Assembly (NCBI GenBank): GCA_038328375.1
Contig: JBBQLX010000011.1
Location: forward strand, 1,283-65,282
Direction: 5' to 3'
Length of the DNA: 64,000 nucleotides
Source of the DNA: Aggregatilineales bacterium
GTDB taxonomy: Bacteria > Chloroflexota > Anaerolineae > Aggregatilineales > Phototrophicaceae
The translations under genes and the position numbers were made by a program. Below the pieces are notes generated by a model that was not told the origin of the DNA, did no database searches, and saw only the letters and a program-made list of their open reading frames with translations. Positions 58,054-64,000 of the stretch are shown here, one piece after another (positions within the stretch are counted from its first letter, which is position 1; the number at the start of each line of letters is the position of its first letter).

Positions 58054-59586
58054 TTAGCCGGCAAATTGTGAGTCTAGCGCACGGATACCAGCCAGAATAT
58101 CCGCGTCCTTACCATGACCCAGTTCCAACCATTCGAGGTTCAGTGTCATGCCGTCCTGCTTAACTTTGGCGGCATACAATGTACCCGCGCTCAAGTCGCC
58201 AGCGGTATCCGCCACGAACTTGAACATCACGCGATCCGTACCATCATCACCGAAGTAAACCGTTTTGTTGTCAGGCATCACGACACCGACTTCCTTGCTG
58301 AAGCGTCCCATCACGTAATGCTTGATAATCTGCGTACCGCTGTCCGATGATACCAGTTCAACGTTGTAGCCTTGGTCGAACGGGTTAGCGGCTTTTCCAG
58401 TCAGCGCCGTTAGTCCAGCGCCTTGCTCTTCAACCCAGTACTGCCAATCTTCTTCATTGTCCGCCGGATATTCTTCTGAAGTCATTGCTGTACCCCAAGG
58501 CGTAACGCTTGCACCGCAGTTGTTGGTCGTTCCGTTGACAGGAATAAAATCAACCATTTCTCCCTTAACAGCCGACCAGTCACTGTTTGCACCACGTTCA
58601 AGCCATAGCTTGCTCACACCGCCCACACCGCATTCAATATTGGTGTACAGGACAGCTTTGCCGTCTGTGGTCGGAACAAACATATTTCCATCGGGATCAT
58701 TGCAAACGGTCAAAACGGATTTGTCGTGAGCAACAATCGCGCCCAAAACAGGAGCATCGGCTGCTGAACCGGGGAATACGTCACCAACGCGACCCAAAAC
58801 TTGATATTCGCCAGCCGCCAGTTTCACGGTCGTCATGTCGGCTTCAGTGCTTGGGACAGCCAAAGGTTCGAAGCTGTCGCCAGCCACATAGCCCTTGATG
58901 ACCCCAATCGTTCCCACATTGAAAGGAGCTGTGTTGGTCTCATCTGGATGTTGAACATTCATGAACAGTGTGCCATCGGGGGTAATATGCAGACCAGTAA
59001 CTTCTGCACCCAATGGAACGGTAGCGAAGCGCTTGAGTTCTTTGCTGGTTGCATCCCACATCCACAGGACGTTGTTCTTGTGTCCGTCGGTGTCTTCACC
59101 GATCCATAGGTTGCCCTTAGGATCAACATACAGGTTGTCGGGGCCGGCGATGGCATCCACTGCGCACGCATTATCGGCATTTGCCTCATCTAAGGCCCCG
59201 CCCATAATGACCGGAGTCACAGATGCAATGTTCATATTCGCGTCCAGTTCACCCATGAATATGGCACCGCAGTCTACCTTGTCCATCTGAATATCACCTT
59301 CGCCGTCGGTCATCCCTTTGGCAAGGTTACTAATGGCATAATAGACTTTCATATTCTGAGCATCTAAAGCCGTCCACTCCAGCTTGCGCCATTCAGCGGT
59401 TGCACCTTTGGAAATCGCGTAATTGCGGCTGTCGATGAACGCGGCATAAGGATTATCCATTGGCACACTTGGAACGGGCGGAATCGCGGGTGTTGCTTCT
59501 TGGGTTGCGTCCTGTGCTTTTCCCGCTGATACAATTATCAGCATTGAAAGGACTAAAAGACTTACGACCAAAAGACGTTTATTCAT
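58054..59586 (-). CDS. phoX: PhoX/DUF839-family alkaline phosphatase, circularly permuted, Sec-type signal
   Basis: TNIE, NNCGASVTPWG...SEE, GRFSKE, GDD, RKLE, PDN, GED, GAEVTG, NVQHP motifs; start refined to ATG 59586. Confidence 0.82.
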   Translation of the reverse strand: MNKRLLVVSLLVLSMLIIVSAGKAQDATQEATPAIPPVPSVPMDNPYAAFIDSRNYAISKGATAEWRKLEWTALDAQNMKVYYAISNLAKGMTDGEGDIQMDKVDCGAIFMGELDANMNIASVTPVIMGGALDEANADNACAVDAIAGPDNLYVDPKGNLWIGEDTDGHKNNVLWMWDATSKELKRFATVPLGAEVTGLHITPDGTLFMNVQHPDETNTAPFNVGTIGVIKGYVAGDSFEPLAVPSTEADMTTVKLAAGEYQVLGRVGDVFPGSAADAPVLGAIVAHDKSVLTVCNDPDGNMFVPTTDGKAVLYTNIECGVGGVSKLWLERGANSDWSAVKGEMVDFIPVNGTTNNCGASVTPWGTAMTSEEYPADNEEDWQYWVEEQGAGLTALTGKAANPFDQGYNVELVSSDSGTQIIKHYVMGRFSKEVGVVMPDNKTVYFGDDGTDRVMFKFVADTAGDLSAGTLYAAKVKQDGMTLNLEWLELGHGKDADILAGIRALDSQFAG

Positions 59587-59797
59587 TCGTTCAAACCCTC
59601 TATATAATTGGACATTTTTGGAAAATGCGAAGCACAAACCTTACAACCATCACTCTAGTCGTGGTTTATTAAGTCGTTTTTTGCTGTGCTTTAAGAAAAG
59701 GGGGGGATATATTAGCTTTTCTTGATATTTTAAACGACTAGGCGGCGCACTGAACCTACGTCGATAAGTTATGCATATTATGATTTCTTATTATCGA

Positions 59798-60271
59798 TCA
59801 GTGAAGAATTGTTTTCCTTAACGCAAGCAAGTGTTGGTATTGCCAATCTTTTTCTTTTTCGACCGCTGCATCAGCATCAGCGGTTTCGGTGGCTCTGTGG
59901 ATTGCCTGTAAGCCATAAATGGCAGCACCAATAGAATGACTCGGCACATGCGCCGTTGCCACTGCTTGGCCTGCTGCACGGGCAGCCGAACGAGCCGCAT
60001 TATCTTCGCCCACATCGCGGGCTGCCGCATGAGAGTCAAGCGAAGCCTTGCGTATTTCCGCCATCCTAAATACCCCTGTATTGATCCATTTCTGAAGGGC
60101 TTCAATGGCTTGTCGAGGGCGTTTGTCATCAGGATATTTGTCTTCAAAATACGGCAGAATCCGCTCTGCACAATCAATCGCCCACATAGCCAATATTTTG
60201 TGGTCAGTTTTGCTCACGAGATCTTCAAACTCAGCTTTGTAGTGAGCCAACGAGAATTTGGATTTTTTCAT
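59798..60271 (-). CDS. Imm5-like putative immunity protein
   Basis: WAIDCAERILPYFE...DKRPRQAI, ARAAGQAVATAH pattern. Confidence 0.7.
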   Translation of the reverse strand: MKKSKFSLAHYKAEFEDLVSKTDHKILAMWAIDCAERILPYFEDKYPDDKRPRQAIEALQKWINTGVFRMAEIRKASLDSHAAARDVGEDNAARSAARAAGQAVATAHVPSHSIGAAIYGLQAIHRATETADADAAVEKEKDWQYQHLLALRKTILH

Positions 60272-60407
60272 TTTGTTCTTCCTAATCCACATTATTGCCA
60301 GTAGGCTGAGAAATGCCGATACCTATTGGGTAGTGAAACCTCGAAGGTGATTAATTCCATGCTACTATTGCTATAATAGCATTTGTAAAAAGCTGTGAGG
60401 TATTCAA

Positions 60408-60644
60408 ATGCCCGATAAAGTTGCGGTAACAGTTGATTTGACCAAACAAGAATACGAGCGTATCGAATTTTTAGCCCATGAACAGGGCTATAAAGTTATT
60501 GGTGAGTACTTGTTATCCCTTGCTGCGGATGAACAAACACAAGATGAGCTTGCGGAAGAATTTCGTCAGGGTTGGCAGGCCGCTAAGAATGGTCAAACCA
60601 TTCCTGCTTCTGATCTGTGCCATACATTGAAGCGTGGCGACTAA
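60408..60644 (+). CDS. Small antitoxin-like (RHH/ParD-like) protein, no adjacent toxin
   Basis: 78 aa, RBS GAGG, beta-alpha N-terminus, acidic C-terminus EEFRQGWQAA. Confidence 0.5.
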   Translation: MPDKVAVTVDLTKQEYERIEFLAHEQGYKVIGEYLLSLAADEQTQDELAEEFRQGWQAAKNGQTIPASDLCHTLKRGD

Positions 60645-60665
60645 GCTTCTAAATATTTGAATCGG

Positions 60666-61163
60666 TCAATCTGGCTTGAAAAACTCTTCTAATACTGTTG
60701 CCGCATTTTTCAAAAGTCTAACATCAAAATAGATACTCGATACAGTAAGCACGAGAAATGCAATTGATATGTATGGTAGTTTAATAAATAACAGAGTAAT
60801 GAGTATCATACCTGCATTTTTCAACAGCGCCGTATCAGACAATCGAACAAATCCTTTGATAACTGTGTTGTTTTCAACAGATTGCTCAATCACTCCACGA
60901 AATTGAAGACTACCCAAAACCCCTATGCCCTCAAATGAAAATTGATAGCTATCCTCATCTAGTGCTGAAATCTCCAGTCGAGATTTCTTAGGCTTTCCGA
61001 GTGGTTGTACGGTAGCTTCCGCTTCCAATTGGTCGATGCACTCTAAGGCAGTTGTCGAGAGTTCGATTAAAAATGATCGACTTAGAAAGGATAGTTTGTC
61101 CCTGTAAAATTGTGGCTGTTCAGTTTGCATTTCATTTGCGTCCAGTTTGTTTTCACTAACCAA
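60666..61163 (-). CDS. Hypothetical protein with C-terminal TM helices, AT-rich
   Basis: 165-aa ORF, start uncertain. Confidence 0.55.
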   Translation of the reverse strand: MVSENKLDANEMQTEQPQFYRDKLSFLSRSFLIELSTTALECIDQLEAEATVQPLGKPKKSRLEISALDEDSYQFSFEGIGVLGSLQFRGVIEQSVENNTVIKGFVRLSDTALLKNAGMILITLLFIKLPYISIAFLVLTVSSIYFDVRLLKNAATVLEEFFKPD

Positions 61164-61387
61164 TTCTGCTACTTTTTGTCTATTTGACTCCAGTTTAGCA
61201 GCAATAAATATTGTTCCATTTTCTATACTCTCTGTTTTTCCCTTGGCGTTCTTGGCGATTCGTATTTTTCGTAATAGTTTCCTTAATGTTACCTGTTATC
61301 ACCTGTTTATCAGGTATCACGCTACATTTTGACCCTCTCATCTGCTAAAATCAGCCTCATACGGACAACTACTTTTACTGGAATGTC

Positions 61388-63205
61388 ATGAGTCATAAAC
61401 AGGCCATTGACCTGCAAACGCACCGTGATCCGCTGTTGAAAATTCTCACTGCTATCGTCACCCAACCGGATATTTCCCGCAAACAACTTGACCAGTTGTT
61501 ACGTGACTATCCCAAAGGCCATGATGGCACTTACAGCCGTGATGATCTTATCCTTGCTTACCGCACTTTTGCTGGTGACTCTCTGCCGCCTTACGAACAG
61601 GCTGTCCTTGAACGTCTACGCCGCAAACCGATCCGTACCAGTTCAGGTGTCACTCCGGTTACAGTTTTGACCAAGCCATTCCCTTGCCCCGGTGAATGTA
61701 TTTTCTGCCCCAACGACGTTCGGATGCCCAAAAGTTATCTGTCTGATGAACCCGGTGCTCAACGTGCCGAACAAAACAGCTTTGACCCTTATTTGCAGAC
61801 CTATACCCGCCTGCAAAGTTACCACAATACAGGACATCCCACCGACAAAATTGAGATTATTGTTCTTGGTGGAACATGGTCGTTCTATCCTGAAAGTTAT
61901 CAGATTTGGTTCGTCAAACGTATCTTTGATGCTATGCACGACTTTGGCAAAGGCATTGATGGTCGCCAAACTGTTGAAGATGCCTTACTTGGAAAATCAC
62001 AACTGCATCCTGACCGTAACACCACCACCGCCACTATTGACGGCTTACACATCGAAAAACGTTATAACGCTGTCGTCCAATTGGTCTACAAAGACGAAAT
62101 GTTACGCTCAACTGACTTGGCACAGGCCATTGGACGTGGTGAACTGGAACGTTCACCCGTTGATGAATATGCTACTTGGGAAGAACTAGAAGCCGTTCAT
62201 CTTGAAAATGAAACCGCACCTTGCCGCAGTGTTGGCTTGGTTATCGAAACCCGCCCTGACCATATCAGTGTCGAAGAAGTGCTTCGTGTTCGTCGTCTCG
62301 GCTGCACCAAAGTGCAAATCGGTTTCCAAAGCCTCAATGATGACGTGCTGAAGATGAATAAACGCGGTCATAAAGTCGCTGCCACCCGCCGTGCTGTCAA
62401 ATTGTTACGGCAGGCTGGTTTCAAAATCCACGCCCATTGGATGCCAAACCTCTACGGCTCATCACCCGATGCTGATATTGCCGATTACAAATTGATGTTT
62501 GATGATCCCGATTTCCGGCCTGACGAACTCAAGGTATATCCCTGTTCGCTGATCGACAGTGCTGAACTGATGCTGCGCTATCAAGATGGCACTTGGAAAC
62601 CTTATACCTACGATGAACTGCTGCACGTCCTTACTGGAACGTTCAAGCTGACACCGGAATACTGCCGCCTAACCCGTGTCATCCGTGACATTCCTTCAAC
62701 CGATATTGTCGATGGCAACTTGATGACCAATTTTCGCCAAGTGGTCGAAAATGAACTGGCAAAAACAGGTGAACGTAGCAATGACATTCGTGCTCGTGAA
62801 GTTCGCTTCCAAGCCATCGAAGCCGTCGATTTACACCTCGATGAACTCTGGTACAACGGTAGCTCTACTGACGAAGTGTTCTTGCAGTACATCACCGAAA
62901 GCCGTGATATTGCAGGTTTCTTACGTTTGTCCTTGCCCAAAGAAGCCGCCATCACCGATGAATTGGCTGGTGCAGCTATGATCCGTGAAATTCACGTCTA
63001 TGGACAATCACTCGAACTTGGTGCAAATGAAGCTGGTCGTGCCCAACATCTCGGTCTCGGCAAGCAGTTGATCGAACGAGCTGTTGAACTCGCTCGTGAA
63101 CATGGCTATGCACGTTTAGCGGTCATCTCGGCAATTGGCACCCGTGAATACTACCGTAAACGTGGCTTTGTGGATGGTCAGTTGTATCAGGTACGAACGC
63201 TCTGA
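61388..63205 (+). CDS. elp3: Elp3-like radical SAM/GNAT tRNA uridine(34) acetyltransferase
   Basis: CPGECIFCP, GGTW, ETRPD, PDELKVYP, IREIHVYG, QHLGLGKQL, GTREYY. Confidence 0.92.
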   Translation: MSHKQAIDLQTHRDPLLKILTAIVTQPDISRKQLDQLLRDYPKGHDGTYSRDDLILAYRTFAGDSLPPYEQAVLERLRRKPIRTSSGVTPVTVLTKPFPCPGECIFCPNDVRMPKSYLSDEPGAQRAEQNSFDPYLQTYTRLQSYHNTGHPTDKIEIIVLGGTWSFYPESYQIWFVKRIFDAMHDFGKGIDGRQTVEDALLGKSQLHPDRNTTTATIDGLHIEKRYNAVVQLVYKDEMLRSTDLAQAIGRGELERSPVDEYATWEELEAVHLENETAPCRSVGLVIETRPDHISVEEVLRVRRLGCTKVQIGFQSLNDDVLKMNKRGHKVAATRRAVKLLRQAGFKIHAHWMPNLYGSSPDADIADYKLMFDDPDFRPDELKVYPCSLIDSAELMLRYQDGTWKPYTYDELLHVLTGTFKLTPEYCRLTRVIRDIPSTDIVDGNLMTNFRQVVENELAKTGERSNDIRAREVRFQAIEAVDLHLDELWYNGSSTDEVFLQYITESRDIAGFLRLSLPKEAAITDELAGAAMIREIHVYGQSLELGANEAGRAQHLGLGKQLIERAVELAREHGYARLAVISAIGTREYYRKRGFVDGQLYQVRTL

Positions 63206-63254
63206 GATGTGCTATAGTTGGACATGTGCATCGGGTTAAGCGGAGGATAGCAGC

Positions 63255-63716
63255 GTGAGTCATTCACAACGGTTAGTAGCGGCTGAAACACGCCGAAAAA
63301 ATTGGCGTATCGCACTCGGTACAATTATCCTCATTACCGTACCGTTTTACTGTGCCGGATTTTTCCTCTGGGGAACCGCTCCGCAGCGCACCCCGACAGC
63401 ATTTCCAACGACTACACCCGGCGGTCCGCAGGTGGTTACCGCTACACCATTACAACCGACGGTTACGCCACTTGGTGGATTTTTCCCCAGCGTAACGCCG
63501 CTTGGTATTACGCCATTTTTCCCAACGCAGGATAATGGTGGCTTCCCGACTCAGGTCTTGCCGACATTAGTGCTGCCAACACGTTTCTTATCACCTACGC
63601 CGCAGATCATTCTGCCCACTAATCCGCCACCACCGACAAACGTGCCTTTGCCCACCAATCCGCCACCACCGACGCAGCCCGCGATTACCAATACGCCGCT
63701 GCCTTTTGATAACTAA
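63255..63716 (+). CDS. Membrane-anchored Pro/Thr-rich protein
   Basis: RBS GGAGG, TM ending PFYCAGFFLWGTA, long PT tail. Confidence 0.72.
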   Translation: MSHSQRLVAAETRRKNWRIALGTIILITVPFYCAGFFLWGTAPQRTPTAFPTTTPGGPQVVTATPLQPTVTPLGGFFPSVTPLGITPFFPTQDNGGFPTQVLPTLVLPTRFLSPTPQIILPTNPPPPTNVPLPTNPPPPTQPAITNTPLPFDN

Positions 63717-63748
63717 CCGCGCTGTGCAGACGTAGTGCAATCATAGAC

Positions 63749-63779
63749 CAAGGACACGCCGCAACGTGTCCTTTTTTGT
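63749..63779 (+). terminator. REP-like hairpin terminator
   Basis: AAGGACACG-ccgcaa-CGTGTCCTTTTTT. Confidence 0.65.
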
Positions 63780-63818
63780 GCTATAGTTAGCAGGCGATTT
63801 TGAAGACTAGGATGCACT

Positions 63819-64000
63819 ATGGGTTATGACATGGTAGAGGCTGCCGCCCGCAGGCAGCGGAATATTCGGATCGTGCTGTTTGTCATTATTTTGATGACAA
63901 CACCGTTTTACTGCATTGGCTTTATCTTATGGGGAACAGCACAACCCCGCAGTTCGATTGCTACCCCAACGATTGCCACCACTAACACACCCATTGGTGG
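63819..64000 (+). CDS. Paralog of the upstream Pro/Thr-rich protein, truncated by the window end
   Basis: Manual translation MGYDMVEAAARRQRNIRIVLFVIILMTTPFYCIGFILWGTAQP. Confidence 0.75.
   Translation, partial: MGYDMVEAAARRQRNIRIVLFVIILMTTPFYCIGFILWGTAQPRSSIATPTIATTNTPIG

Noticed and set aside
1-64000. CRISPR array, tRNA/rRNA genes, integrase/transposase/reverse transcriptase
   Set aside because: No regularly spaced repeat-spacer units, tRNA arms or such ORFs were seen by eye.

Overview
A 64-kb bacterial chromosomal window, about 50% GC. It is probably Chloroflexota (Anaerolineae-like); this is inferred from protein style, a bacterial Elp3 gene and the REP-type repeats. About 75 mostly housekeeping or envelope CDSs are present: sulfurtransferase (partial), rarA, iolE-like, ugp-like ABC transporter, glycosyltransferase cluster, CDF transporter, two-domain multicopper oxidase with cytochrome c, TetR-yceI-pirin, ppc, rdgB and elp3. 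There are also two type II TA pairs and an AT-rich DUF262+HEPN putative defence pair. I saw no rRNA, tRNA, CRISPR array or transposase. Top finding, missed by the ORF track: a complete, apparently leaderless Cys/Met-rich leader-peptide attenuator upstream of the sulfurtransferase. It consists of a TTGACA-N17-TATATT promoter, the 30-aa ORF MNKFNLYPVMMCCPMCMCCTQKYARLRPSG, an antiterminator overlapping the last codons, and an intrinsic terminator. Other notable items: (1) a bipartite non-coding element found once filled with two DUF1152 paralogs and once empty in inverted orientation; (2) a circularly permuted, Sec-signal PhoX-family phosphatase; (3) an ECF sigma coupled to a multi-SH3 membrane partner. 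All assignments come from reading motifs by eye; no database search was run.
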